NCBI GenBank assembly: GCA_963692865.2
Contig: OY843592.1
Location: 2,272,001 to 2,336,000, forward strand
Length of the DNA: 64,000 nucleotides
Source: a bacterium
Lineage (GTDB): Bacteria > UBA8248
Reading direction: 5' to 3'
Position numbers and translations under genes: made by a program
The notes under the pieces: model-generated
What the model saw: only the letters and a program-made list of their open reading frames with translations
Database searches by the model: none
Told to the model about the DNA's origin: nothing
Shown: piece after piece, positions 28,211-38,354 of the stretch
How positions within the stretch are numbered: position 1 is the first letter of the stretch
Layout of the letters: every line of letters starts with the position of its first letter

Positions 28211-28917
28211 CGCATTTCCCCGCATCTTCCCGCAATTCCCGTTATCACACTCTCCTCTGGATGCGCCAGAATCCCTCCCGAGGAGGTTTTCCCGGGGGCA
28301 GGCCCGGAGGGCTATCGAGTCTTTGCAGCCTTTTCATGGGGGGTGGAAAAGACCCTTTTTCAGGGGGCAGCGGGGACACCCTTTCCGACTGGAAAAGCAA
28401 CCCCCCTGTCCCCCCTTGTCAAGAGGGTAAAGGCGATGCTCCCCGACGAGGAGGGAGCGTTCGCTCCCTTGCCAAAGGCTTTTTCAGCAGTTCGATGGGG
28501 TCGGACTCGGTGAAGCATCACATTTTCCGCTGCCGTTTGACAGGAGCAACCAGGTGAAAGGTTTCATCTATCGCATCCGCGGGATGCGCCGGAGGCGGAT
28601 GGGCGCACTCGCGAGGGCGTTTCAGGAATTGTGGATTGGACGCGCGGGCTCCCTCATAGCGCGTGATATGGACGGAGACGCCGGGGCGCGGAAATCCGCC
28701 GGGAGCGCGGTTGGAATCCCGGATTCGGAATTTCTGAAAAATAAGATAAATTTGGATAAATTTCGACAAATTGATGAAAAGTTTCATGTATGCGATAAAT
28801 CGATATTGCTTTATATTACATATATTTACCGGAATATCCTGAAGTACCGCATTGGCGTTTTGTCGAAATTTATCCAATTAAAAATTTTTTCGGGACCACG
28901 CATTTCCCCGCATTTGC
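28211..28917 (+). repeat. non-coding element with 10-bp-phased repeats, related to the inverse of 63211-63529
   Basis: Blocks 28219-28286 and 28726-28763 align ungapped to the reverse complement of 63462-63529 and 63329-63366. Confidence 0.65.
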
Positions 28918-30020
28918 TACGCGAAGCGCATCGGGTCGTACGGCGCCGGGTCGAGCGGCGGGGCGTCGCCCAGATAGAGCGCCGTCGCCAGTTTCACGCT
29001 CGCGGGCGCGGGCCCGACCCCCGAGGGACCGTGCCCTGTGCAGAAGTAGAGGCCCCCGATAGCGCCCCGGCCGATCAGGGGCAGGTAGTCCGACGAGGTG
29101 GGCCGGAAGCCGCTCCAGGTCTCCTCGACGGCGCACGAGGCGATTCCGGGCGCGATACGGATTCCCTCGCTCAGCAGCCAGCAGAGGCCGCCCACGGTGA
29201 GCCTCGGGTCCTCGCCGGCGAACTCCCGCGTCGCGCCCAGCAGAACGCGGCCGTCGGCGCGGGGCACGAGGTAGGGATCGTTCACGGTCAGCACCACGCG
29301 CCTGAGGCCCAGCGCGCGGGCGTCCATGGCGAGCATCTGCCCGCGCTGGGGGGTGATGGGCGCTCTCGGGGCGGCGCCGGGGAGGCTTCGGCTGCCGATA
29401 CCCGCGCAGACGAATACGGCGGACGCCTCGTGGACGCCCGCGTCGGTGCGGACGCCGGCGACCCTCCCGCCCTCGCTCAGGATTTCCTCGGCCGCGCAGC
29501 CGGTGAGCATCTCCACCCCCAGCCGCCGGCAGGCGACCTCGAGCGCGGGCCCCAGCTTTCTGACCTCCAGGTTCCCCCCCGCCACGAGCAGCGCTCCACT
29601 CAATTCATCGGAAAGACAGGGCTCCTCCTCCCTTAAGACGCCGGGCGGCATCCACTCGGCCTCGCCCCATTCGCGGGTTCGGGCCTTTTCCCGGATCGCC
29701 GCCGCCTCTTCCTCGTCCAGGGCGACGAGCAGGACGCCGGTGAGGCGGTATTCCAGGTCCGTACCGCTCTCCTCCCGAAGGGCTTCGGCGAGAAGGGGCC
29801 ATTCCTCGTAGGAGGCGGCCCGCAGCCTGAGGCCCGGAAGGCCGGCGATGTCGGCGGAGCCGCTCGTCCCGTGGGCGGAGACGATGCCCGCCGAAGCCCA
29901 GGTGGCGCCCGCGCCGGGCCGGCCTTTTTCGATGACGGCGACGCTCCTGCCCGTCCTGCGGAGTTCCCGCGCCGTCAGGAGGCCCATGATGCCGCCGCCG
30001 ATGATGATCACGTCGCGCAT
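28917..30020 (-). CDS. glycine oxidase ThiO-like FAD-dependent oxidoreductase (DAO family)
   Basis: IIGGGIMG, GATWASAGI, PQRGQ, YLVPRADGR, WSGFRP, TGHG. Confidence 0.85.
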   Translation of the reverse strand: MRDVIIIGGGIMGLLTARELRRTGRSVAVIEKGRPGAGATWASAGIVSAHGTSGSADIAGLPGLRLRAASYEEWPLLAEALREESGTDLEYRLTGVLLVALDEEEAAAIREKARTREWGEAEWMPPGVLREEEPCLSDELSGALLVAGGNLEVRKLGPALEVACRRLGVEMLTGCAAEEILSEGGRVAGVRTDAGVHEASAVFVCAGIGSRSLPGAAPRAPITPQRGQMLAMDARALGLRRVVLTVNDPYLVPRADGRVLLGATREFAGEDPRLTVGGLCWLLSEGIRIAPGIASCAVEETWSGFRPTSSDYLPLIGRGAIGGLYFCTGHGPSGVGPAPASVKLATALYLGDAPPLDPAPYDPMRFA

Positions 30021-30122
30021 GAGACGCCTTTCCGTATCGTTGATTCACTGGAGGCCCTGCCGATGGGGTTATAACACGGAGGCTCGGCTCTCCCGCAAGC
30101 GGGGGTGAGATATCGGCAGACG

Positions 30123-30154
30123 AAAAAACGACGGCCCGGGTGAGCCGTCGTTTT
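30123..30154 (-). terminator. intrinsic terminator of csp gene
   Basis: aaaacgacggc-N8-gccgtcgtttt, with a T-run on the minus strand. Confidence 0.7.
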
Positions 30155-30175
30155 CGGGTTTTCTCTTGATGGGGG

Positions 30176-30391
30176 TTATTCTTCGGAGCCACCCCCTTTT
30201 GTGACGTTGGCCGCCTGAAGCCCTTTCGGGCCTTGGACAATTTCGAAGTTCACGTTTTGCCCTTCCTCCAGGGTCTTGAAGCCCTCTCCCTGGATGGCGG
30301 AGAAGTGAACGAAAACGTCGTCACCATCCGTCTGTGAAATGAAACCATAGCCCTTCGCGTCATTGAACCACTTCACTGTTCCTTCTGGCAC
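30176..30391 (-). CDS. csp: cold-shock protein
   Basis: [34 protein letters not shown]. Confidence 0.96.
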   Translation of the reverse strand: MPEGTVKWFNDAKGYGFISQTDGDDVFVHFSAIQGEGFKTLEEGQNVNFEIVQGPKGLQAANVTKGGGSEE

Positions 30392-30608
30392 TTGCTGATC
30401 TCCTGCATGTGTTGGAAATGGGTAGAGATGAATCGGGTGGGGCCTTTCACTCCAAGTACATTTCCAGAAAACTCAAGTTGGCCGCGCCGGCCGCAGCCTT
30501 AGTAATTGCTTATCAAACTAAGCATCGCCTTGCAACCTGCGAAATTCTTATGTAGCAGGTAATTTCACCGTTCCCGATCACGTTGGACGAATAGGAGAAT
30601 CGACGCCG

Positions 30609-31157
30609 ATGACTCGCCTGGTCGAAACGCCGTTCGAGCAGATGACGGACGCGCAGAGAAAACTGCATGATAAAATCGCCTCCGGCCCCAGGGGAGGCGT
30701 GAGAGGTCCGTTTCTGGCGTGGCTCAAAAGCCCGGCCTACCTCGAAAAGCTGGAGGAGACGGGACGTTACCTGCGCTATGACACCCTCTTTGAACCCAGG
30801 CTGAGCGAGTTCGCGATTTTGATCACCGCCCGGTTCTGGGGTTCTCAGTACGAATGGTACGCGCATGAGCCTCTGGCCAGGAAGGGGGGATTGTCGCCCG
30901 AGATCATCGAGGCGGTGCGGGAGAACAGGCGACCGGCTGAAATGGCCGCCGACGAGGAGGCGGTCTATGATTTCTGCGCCGCGCTGCACGAAAACCATTT
31001 CGTGCGCGATGAAGTTTATCGAAACGCGTTCGAGCACTTCGGGGAGCGCGGGCTGGTGGAGTTGATAGGCCTCATCGGGCATTACACGACCGTCTCGATG
31101 ACGCTCAACGCATTTGAGCTCCAGGTTCCGGAGGGCGTAGAGCCTCCGTTAAGGTAG
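30609..31157 (+). CDS. carboxymuconolactone decarboxylase family protein
   Basis: GPRGGVRGPF, EFAILITAR, YEWYAH, GLVELIGLIGHY. Confidence 0.88.
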   Translation: MTRLVETPFEQMTDAQRKLHDKIASGPRGGVRGPFLAWLKSPAYLEKLEETGRYLRYDTLFEPRLSEFAILITARFWGSQYEWYAHEPLARKGGLSPEIIEAVRENRRPAEMAADEEAVYDFCAALHENHFVRDEVYRNAFEHFGERGLVELIGLIGHYTTVSMTLNAFELQVPEGVEPPLR

Positions 31158-31171
31158 AGGGGTCATTCGGC

Positions 31172-31927
31172 ATGCGACTCAAGGGAAAGACGGCGTTTAT
31201 CACGGGAGCTTCCGTGGGAATCGGCTCCGCCATTGCGAGGCGTTTCGCCGAGGAGGGTTGTGCGCTGTATCTTGCGGGCGGCCGGAACGCGGACGCCCTG
31301 GAGGCGACGCTCGATTATTGCAAGGCTCAAGGAATATCGGCGGCCGGCGAAGGGATTGACTTATCGAACCTGGCGAATGCCGCTCCGTTGATGAGTCGCG
31401 CGCTGAGGCATCTGGGACATCTCGATATTCTGGTGAACGGCGCCGGAATCCGCTGCAACAAGCCGGTGGAGGAGGTCACGCATGAAGAGGTGGCCGCGCT
31501 GTTTCAGGTCAATGCGATGGCCTCGTTCGTTCTGAGCGGGTTGGCCGCCCGGCGCATGATTCCCGGCTCGGGCGGCCAGATTATCAACATCGGTTCGACA
31601 TCCGGAGAGGCGGGAGTGCCCAACAATTCCCTCTATTGCGCGACGAAAGGCGCCATGCACCTGATGACGAAGGCGCATGCCGCCGAACTCGGGCCGAAGG
31701 GGATTCGCGTCAACGCCATCGCTCCGGGAACGACTTTGAGCGAGGGGACGAAGCATCGCGTGGAAACCGAGGCGGGTAGACGCGAGAGGCTGTTGAGTAA
31801 TATACCGTTGGGACGATTTGCGACTCCGGAAGAAATCGCCGATTGCGCCGTTTTCATGGCTTCGGACGAAGCGTCATACATGAACGGGGCGGTGATTCTG
31901 ATCGATGGGGGCCGATTGTGCCAATAA
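31172..31927 (+). CDS. SDR family oxidoreductase
   Basis: TGASVGIG, YCATK, RVNAIAPG, IDGG. Confidence 0.92.
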   Translation: MRLKGKTAFITGASVGIGSAIARRFAEEGCALYLAGGRNADALEATLDYCKAQGISAAGEGIDLSNLANAAPLMSRALRHLGHLDILVNGAGIRCNKPVEEVTHEEVAALFQVNAMASFVLSGLAARRMIPGSGGQIINIGSTSGEAGVPNNSLYCATKGAMHLMTKAHAAELGPKGIRVNAIAPGTTLSEGTKHRVETEAGRRERLLSNIPLGRFATPEEIADCAVFMASDEASYMNGAVILIDGGRLCQ

Positions 31928-31964
31928 TCGTGATGGAGAGTCCGGTTTTCTGGAAGGGGTTGAT

Positions 31965-32963
31965 ATGACGGGTCGCCTCGGGTTTTGGCTTCTCACGTTT
32001 GCGGATATTTCCTTCAAGGGGCTGGGTGAAGTTTCAAGGCTTGGCGAAGATTTGGGATACGATCGCGTCTATACGACGGAATCCCTCACGGATACCCTGG
32101 CCATCAATCAACTGATGGCGACATACACTTCCAGGATTGAAATCGGAAGTTCGGTAGCCATCATCTACTTGCGCCATGCCTCCATGGCGGCGCAAGGCGC
32201 AGCGGCGATCAGCGAGATCTCCGGCGGACGCTATATTCTGGGCCTCGGGCTCGGGCACCCGCCCCGGATCCGAGCGATGGGGATAGAACCGGGAAATCCC
32301 ATAGAGGATATGCGCAACTATGTGAGCGAGGTCAGGGGCGTCCTGGAGGGCGAGTCCGTATATCCCCTGCCCGTTCAGACCTACCAGGGAGAAGAGTTGA
32401 AATTCAGACGTTCGCGGTACCCGGTTCGAATATACATGGCGGCCGTAGGCCCCAAGATGACGGCGCTCGGCGGAGAAATCGCCGATGGGTTGTTGCCGTA
32501 CATGGTACCGCTTTCGAGAATGGACGCCTATCTGGAGGCGAGGGATGCAGGAGCGAAACGGGCGGGTAGAAATCCCCGTGACGTCAAAATCGACCTTGGA
32601 ATACATACTTTCTTGAGCGATGACCTCGCCATCGCCAGAGAAGCCGCCCGTAAAACCCTGACGTATTGGCTGGGACTCCCCGCCTACAACAACTCGATTC
32701 GAGAAAGCGGCTATGAGCAAGAGGCTGAAAACATAAAAGCAGCTTTCGAGCGTGGGGATCAAAAGGGTTTGAGAGATGGAATCAAAGACGACATCATCGA
32801 TGAGTTCTGTCTTGTCGGCCCACCGGAGAGGTGCCGTGAACGGCTGACCGCTTTCCTGGAGGCCGGGGTGGATATGCCCTCCTTGATGATAGACCCCGTG
32901 TTGGCAGGGGAAAGCTATCAAGATGCCGTCGAGCGCACACTAAAAGCCCTGGCTCCGAGGTAA
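31965..32963 (+). CDS. LLM class flavin (possibly F420)-dependent oxidoreductase
   Basis: SGGRYILGLGLG, IYMAAVGPKM..LGGEIADG, LVGPPE. Confidence 0.85.
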   Translation: MTGRLGFWLLTFADISFKGLGEVSRLGEDLGYDRVYTTESLTDTLAINQLMATYTSRIEIGSSVAIIYLRHASMAAQGAAAISEISGGRYILGLGLGHPPRIRAMGIEPGNPIEDMRNYVSEVRGVLEGESVYPLPVQTYQGEELKFRRSRYPVRIYMAAVGPKMTALGGEIADGLLPYMVPLSRMDAYLEARDAGAKRAGRNPRDVKIDLGIHTFLSDDLAIAREAARKTLTYWLGLPAYNNSIRESGYEQEAENIKAAFERGDQKGLRDGIKDDIIDEFCLVGPPERCRERLTAFLEAGVDMPSLMIDPVLAGESYQDAVERTLKALAPR

Positions 32964-32965
32964 AA

Positions 32966-34177
32966 TTGAACAATAACCCTGAAACTGCGAAGAAGCCGTC
33001 TTTCCGGACTTTGCCCTGGACAGGAACAGGCATCATTTTTTTTGCGCACTTTGTGGTCGATAGCCAGGCGAATTTCTTTGCGCCTCTGGTTCCACTACTA
33101 AAAGAAAAATTGGGACTAAGCCTCACGACAATCGGATTCTTGATTTCATGCCAGGTGATGAGCGGCTCCATCACGCAACCCATTACCGGCGTCGTAATCG
33201 ACAGGTGGCCGTGGCTGCCCTGGCTTACTGTAGGCCTGATCGGAAGTTCCATCGCCTTTACTGCAATCGGATGGGTGACGAGCGTCTATGGCCTGGCCGC
33301 CGCCGTAATCACGGGTGGCATTCTTTTTGGTTTATGTCATCCGGATATGGCCGCTCGAGCCGGCAGGCTGAGTTCCGAGCATGCCGGCTTTATCGTCAGC
33401 CTGTTCGTTACAGCAGGAAGGCTGGGTTTTGCTCTTGGCCCGTTGATTGCCATCTTCATCGCGGAAACGTTGGGAATGGAGCATTTGTGGGTGTTCATCC
33501 TTGTGGCGGTGCTCGCGATGGCGGGTGTGAAATTGGGGATGCCGGCTCCGCCCCAGAGAAAGAAAAAAGATGAAAAAGCGCTCGAACGGGAAGGATTGGT
33601 CGCGTCGCTTAAGCATGTCCGTGGACCTATACTTCTCCTGTTCGGCATCGCTGCCGTCAGGGGAACGACTTTGGCGAATTTGGGGGGATTCTTGCCCGCG
33701 ATATTTGTCGAAAAAGGTTTGGGGCTTTGGCGCGGCGGCATGGCCAATACGGTCATTTTTTTCTCGGGCGCCATCGGCGTGATGCTCGGGGGCATTATGG
33801 GTGACAGGTACGGGAAGCCCAAGGTGATTACCATCGGCGCTGGATGCGCCTTGGCCGGTATGGTGGCGTTTCAGTTGTCTTCTTTGGAGTGGGCCTATAT
33901 ATCTCTCGCAATCATTGGCGCAGGGGTTTTTGTGCCGATGGGGGTATCCGTTGCCTTGGCGCAAGAATATTTGCCCGAACACCGGGGGTTTGCAAGTTCA
34001 TTAATACTGGGTAGTGGTTGGATATTTGCCGGACTAACGGCGATTCCCCTCTCGTTGCTTGGGGAGAGAATCGGAATGTTGAATGCTTTTTGGACACTTC
34101 CGGTTGTTTTGTTTGTGGGCTTGGTCCTGGCTTTGTCCTTGCAAAGACGAGATTCTGAGCCGGAACCTACTACCTGA
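32966..34177 (+). CDS. MFS transporter (Fsr-like)
   Basis: AHFVVD, QP..G...DR, HP, GDRYG, AQEYLP. Confidence 0.85.
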   Translation: MNNNPETAKKPSFRTLPWTGTGIIFFAHFVVDSQANFFAPLVPLLKEKLGLSLTTIGFLISCQVMSGSITQPITGVVIDRWPWLPWLTVGLIGSSIAFTAIGWVTSVYGLAAAVITGGILFGLCHPDMAARAGRLSSEHAGFIVSLFVTAGRLGFALGPLIAIFIAETLGMEHLWVFILVAVLAMAGVKLGMPAPPQRKKKDEKALEREGLVASLKHVRGPILLLFGIAAVRGTTLANLGGFLPAIFVEKGLGLWRGGMANTVIFFSGAIGVMLGGIMGDRYGKPKVITIGAGCALAGMVAFQLSSLEWAYISLAIIGAGVFVPMGVSVALAQEYLPEHRGFASSLILGSGWIFAGLTAIPLSLLGERIGMLNAFWTLPVVLFVGLVLALSLQRRDSEPEPTT

Positions 34178-34404
34178 ACAAAATAAGTCGAAACGGGTTG
34201 GAGACTTCCCAGGAATGGAAAATGAAAGAGGGATATCTGGAGCATAGTGGGATGCATTTTTGCTTCAAGCTATGATATCTTTTGCCCATTCATGGAATGT
34301 ATGGGAATTTGAAGGTTGGAACTTGCTTCACGATAGTGGGATGCCAATCTTTAGGTTTCATTCGTGGATGCCTTCGGGCCAATGAATCTCAGGAGGATTA
34401 TGTA

Positions 34405-35400
34405 ATGAATCGAAGAAGTATGTTTCTTGTTGTCGCCATAGCCGTAGCGGGAGTTCTATTCACGGTATTTTCCGCTCATGCCGCGCCGTTCCGAATCGGC
34501 CACCATCGCGCCGTCATGGGGTCCGTAACCGCCGTGGCCTACAAGATGGGCTATTTCGATCAGACCATCGGCAAGGGCAAGTATACGGTCAAGCAGTTCC
34601 CTCAGGGCAAGCTGATGCGCCAGGCGATTTTGGCGAACTCTCTCGACGTCGGCGGCGCCGCGGACCGCGCTTTCCTCTCCGCCATATCGAAAGGCGCGAA
34701 CGCGCCCGGCATCGCGAACGCCAACTACTGGTGCAAGTCGAACAAAATTCTCACCTCCCCGAAATCGCCCATCAAGACCCTGCACGACATGAAGGGGAAA
34801 AGGCTCGGCATCGGGAAGGCCACGGGCTCTTATTTCACGCTCACCACCTTCATTCTGCCGAAATACGGCTTGACGGAAAAAGATTTCACGACCGTGAACA
34901 TGAACACCGATACCCGCATGGCCGCGCTCAAATCCCGCACGGTCGACATGATCGGCCTGAACAACCCGCAGGCCGCCATCGCCATAGACAGGGGATGGGC
35001 GCGCACAGTCGAAACGTATTGCAAGTATGCGAACAACCTGTGGATTTTGTTTGCGAACGGTAAAACCCTGAAGAAAGACAGGGACGTCTACGTGAAGTTC
35101 CTGCGGGGTTACATTCGGGGCATGAAACTGCACAGGGACAATCGCGATAAATTTGTGGACGTGTACCTGAGCCACCTGCAATCGAAGGGTTCGAAGATCA
35201 AGCGGAAAATCGTGCAGGCGTCCGTTGCTGATTTGGAGTTTGGCCTTCTCCCGAACGAGACGGATTACAAGTGGTTCGATTTCATGGGCAAGGTGCTCTT
35301 GGAGAAACGCAAGGCGAAGCGCGTGGTCGACCTACGCAAGGAAGGCATGGACCTGAGTATGATAAGAGAGGCCATGGCAGCTGAAGGATGGAAAAATTAG
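34405..35400 (+). CDS. ABC transporter substrate-binding protein (SsuA/NMT1-like), orphan
   Basis: aggagg RBS, signal peptide, SPIKTLHDMKGKRLG. Confidence 0.8.
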   Translation: MNRRSMFLVVAIAVAGVLFTVFSAHAAPFRIGHHRAVMGSVTAVAYKMGYFDQTIGKGKYTVKQFPQGKLMRQAILANSLDVGGAADRAFLSAISKGANAPGIANANYWCKSNKILTSPKSPIKTLHDMKGKRLGIGKATGSYFTLTTFILPKYGLTEKDFTTVNMNTDTRMAALKSRTVDMIGLNNPQAAIAIDRGWARTVETYCKYANNLWILFANGKTLKKDRDVYVKFLRGYIRGMKLHRDNRDKFVDVYLSHLQSKGSKIKRKIVQASVADLEFGLLPNETDYKWFDFMGKVLLEKRKAKRVVDLRKEGMDLSMIREAMAAEGWKN

Positions 35401-35419
35401 CTTTTTCATTGAAATAGAA

Positions 35420-35460
35420 TAAAGAGCCGCGGCCAGCAACACTGGCCGCGGCTCTTTTAT
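35420..35460. terminator. bidirectional intrinsic terminator
   Basis: aaagagccgcggccag-caaca-ctggccgcggctcttt between convergent genes. Confidence 0.85.
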
Positions 35461-35535
35461 TTTGCTCTGCCGAATTAGGAATCAGCGATTTCGTATCACT
35501 TGATCGTTTGCTTGTATCGGTGGATGTGAGAAAAG

Positions 35536-36192
35536 CTAGGGTTGTTTAACGACCCGAATATATGGAAGCGGCGATTCCCAACCCTCCGGGTATTTCTTCT
35601 TCGCATCCTCATCCGAAACGGCCGGCAAAATGATCACATTTTCCCCCTGTTGCCAGTTTGCCGGGGTCGCTACCTGTTCACTTGCCGTCAACTGGCAGGA
35701 GTCCAGCAGCCTCAGGATTTCACTGAAATTCCGTCCCGTGCTCATCGGATAGGTGAGTGTCGCCTTGATACGCTTATCCGGGCCAATTACGAACACCGAG
35801 CGGGCCGTCGCATTATCTGCAGGCGTCCGTCCTTCGGAGGTATCGCCCGCATCGGCAGGCAACATGTCGAAAGACTTGACGATTGCAAGCTCGGGGTCGC
35901 CAATCAGCGGGTAATTCACGGCATGGCCCTGAGAAGCTTCGATATCTTTCGACCATTTTTCATGATCGGAAACCCCGTCGACGCTGATGCCGATCACTTT
36001 GCAGTTTCTTTTGTCGAATTCGGGCTTAAGCCCGGCCATCGTCCCCAGTTCCGTAGTGCAGACCGGCGTAAAGTCCTTTGGGTGTGAAAATATGATGGCC
36101 CAGCCATCGCCAATCCATTCATGAAAATTGATGGGACCTTGGGTCGTGTCTGCGGAAAAATCTGGTGCTTCATCATTGATTCTTAAAGTCAT
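35536..36192 (-). CDS. 1-Cys peroxiredoxin (Prx6 family)
   Basis: FSHPKDFTPVCTTELG, YPMSTGRNF, ATPANW. Confidence 0.95.
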   Translation of the reverse strand: MTLRINDEAPDFSADTTQGPINFHEWIGDGWAIIFSHPKDFTPVCTTELGTMAGLKPEFDKRNCKVIGISVDGVSDHEKWSKDIEASQGHAVNYPLIGDPELAIVKSFDMLPADAGDTSEGRTPADNATARSVFVIGPDKRIKATLTYPMSTGRNFSEILRLLDSCQLTASEQVATPANWQQGENVIILPAVSDEDAKKKYPEGWESPLPYIRVVKQP

Positions 36193-36267
36193 TATCGTCT
36201 CCTTGCATTAAGAATGAAAGAAAACTACAAATTTCTGTGCACTAGAATTCCATCGGTAAGCATTCAT

Positions 36268-36341
36268 TGGCTGGGGGAGGAGGATTCGAACCTCCGTACC
36301 CAGATCCAGAGTCTGGTGTCCTGCCGCTAGACGATCCCCCA
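36268..36341 (-). tRNA. tRNA-Gln (CTG)
   Basis: TGGGGGATCGTCTAGCGGCAGGACACCAGACTCTGGATCTGGGTACGGAGGTTCGAATCCTCCTCCCCCAGCCA: acceptor stem, anticodon arm CCAGA-CTCTGGA-TCTGG, TTCGAA T-loop, CCA end. Confidence 0.95.
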
Positions 36342-36403
36342 AAATGACCTAGATGTTTATATGTATGAGTTCTTTATTCGTCAAGGACGATGGGCGAAAA
36401 CAT

Positions 36404-37813
36404 TTATTGATTTGCTTTGGCCAGAGCCGCGTCGAGACGGTGGAGGCTTCTGTCTTTTCCAAGAAGGCTGAGCGTCTCAAAGATGCCGGGGCTGATTGTG
36501 CCGCCCGTAATGGCGACGCGCACGGGTTGCGCCAGTTTGCCGAGTTTTACGGCCTCTTCTTCCATAACGTGATGAAAAGCCGATTTGACGTTTTCGGATG
36601 AAAACGTATCGATTTTACTCAACTCATTCCGGAGTTTTTGCATCAGCCCCGAGCTCTCCGAAGTCAGGAATTTCGAAGCCGCCTTCTCGTCCAGTTCGAC
36701 TTCATTTTCAAAGAAAAAACGAGCGCCTTCTATCATATCCGCCAAGGTATTCGAGCGCGTTCTGAGTTCATCCACAATGCCTTCTCGAGTTCTGTGTGAG
36801 AGAATATCCGGCGATAGACCCTGTGCTCTGAGGCCCGCATCGAGCGAGGCAACGAGAAAATCGCCATCGGCCGATTTGATGTATTCCTGATTCAGCCACA
36901 ATAGCTTTTCCGGGTTGTAGACGGCGGCGGATCTGTTCAAATTTTCCAAGGAAAAATTGGCGATAATCTCATCTTTGGAGAAAATTTCCTGGTCTCCGTG
37001 ACTCCAGCCGAGCCGAACGAGATAGTTGATCAGCGCTTCAGGGAGATAGCCGCGCTCTTTATATTCCAGTACCGAATCTGCGCCATGGCGTTTTGATAGT
37101 CTTTTTTTGTCGGGTCCCAATATCATCGATATGTGCGCGAATTTTGGCGTCATTTCCTTCAGGGCCTGATAGACAAGAAGCTGTTTTGGGGTATTGGAGA
37201 GGTGGTCGTTACCGCGTATGACATGGGATATCTTCATATCGATGTCGTCGATGGCCACGCAGAAATTGTACGTAGGCGTCCCATCGGTGCGAACAATGAC
37301 CATATCGTCGAGTTGTGAGTTTTCAAACACTACCTCCCCAGCGAGGATGTCGTCGACAATCGTCTCCCCGACATCCGGCGCCTGGAGACGCAGACAAAAC
37401 GGGACATCTGGGTCTTTTTCGTACCGACCCCGGCAGGTCCCGTCATATTTCGGCGTTTTCCCCTCGGCGCGAGCACGTTCACGCATGGCGTTCACCTCCT
37501 CCGGAGTGCATGTGCATCTATAGGCGGCGCCGGATGAGAGCAGTTTATCGGCCGCTTCTTTGTAGAGAGCCATGCGCCGGGACTGACGATACGGGCCTTC
37601 GTCCCATTCGAGGCCCAGCCAGTCGAACGCCTTCAGAATCGCATCGTAGTATTCTTCCGTAGAACGTTGCCGGTCGGTATCTTCGATTCTCAAGATACCC
37701 GTGCCCGCGTGATGTTTCGCAAAAAACCAATTGAACAACGCGGTTCGCGCGCCGCCGATATGGAGGTGGCCCGTGTTGGACGGGGCAAAGCGGACTCGGA
37801 TGTCGGCATTCAT
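36404..37813 (-). CDS. gltX: glutamate--tRNA ligase
   Basis: RFAPSNTGHLHIGGAR, LRIEDTD, HVIRGNDH, RLSKR. Confidence 0.96.
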   Translation of the reverse strand: MNADIRVRFAPSNTGHLHIGGARTALFNWFFAKHHAGTGILRIEDTDRQRSTEEYYDAILKAFDWLGLEWDEGPYRQSRRMALYKEAADKLLSSGAAYRCTCTPEEVNAMRERARAEGKTPKYDGTCRGRYEKDPDVPFCLRLQAPDVGETIVDDILAGEVVFENSQLDDMVIVRTDGTPTYNFCVAIDDIDMKISHVIRGNDHLSNTPKQLLVYQALKEMTPKFAHISMILGPDKKRLSKRHGADSVLEYKERGYLPEALINYLVRLGWSHGDQEIFSKDEIIANFSLENLNRSAAVYNPEKLLWLNQEYIKSADGDFLVASLDAGLRAQGLSPDILSHRTREGIVDELRTRSNTLADMIEGARFFFENEVELDEKAASKFLTSESSGLMQKLRNELSKIDTFSSENVKSAFHHVMEEEAVKLGKLAQPVRVAITGGTISPGIFETLSLLGKDRSLHRLDAALAKANQ

Positions 37814-37990
37814 CGAGAATTTATCCTCTATCCTTTATCTCTCTATTGAGGGTTCGATGCAATAGGGGAAGATTCTAGGGAGGAGAGGCGGGTGATTGCA
37901 AGACGGATCTGGTCATGCCCTTGTGATCGAAACCTGAAAAGTCAACAATCGGAAAATCGGTTCGAAACGAAAACAAAAAGGAGCGGACAG

Positions 37991-38320
37991 ATGCAATACT
38001 TCTATGATCTGGCGGAAATTGAACCGCAAAAGATGCCGGGGAGAGAGCGCAGGCTCGTCGTCGGTGAGAAGGTGATGATGTTGTATATAGAAAGAGAGGG
38101 AGGAACGGAGCAGGAGCATAGTCATGATGTGGAGCAACTCGTATATCTCATAAAAGGCGAAGCTACATTTACGGTTGCCGGTGAAACGCGCAAAGTCAAG
38201 GCAGGCCAGGTCGTCCATATTCCCAAAGGTGTGCCGCATCGGCTGGATGCGCCAACGCCCATTACGTATATAGGCGTATATTCCCCATTGCGTGAGGAGG
38301 CGATTCGAGCGGAAGCGTGA
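37991..38320 (+). CDS. cupin domain protein
   Basis: HSHDVEQ.VY...G, IPKGVPH, SPLRE. Confidence 0.85.
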   Translation: MQYFYDLAEIEPQKMPGRERRLVVGEKVMMLYIEREGGTEQEHSHDVEQLVYLIKGEATFTVAGETRKVKAGQVVHIPKGVPHRLDAPTPITYIGVYSPLREEAIRAEA

Positions 38321-38354
38321 GCATCGCCAGCATTAGGTTCTGGAGACTCTTTAT

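Noticed and set aside
27424-28557. 377-aa ORF running from higA into the repeat region, and similar ORFs over 11275-11968 and 18716-19464
   Set aside because: Translations of repeats and off-frame overlaps with no coding signature.
28730-28890. oriC
   Set aside because: No perfect TTATCCACA boxes and no dnaA/dnaN/gidA context; kept only as an unexplained AT-rich element.
36268-36341. tRNA-Gln as an integration site explaining the lower-GC block
   Set aside because: No duplicated tRNA 3' end or integrase was seen, and the tRNA lies inside the block rather than at its edge.
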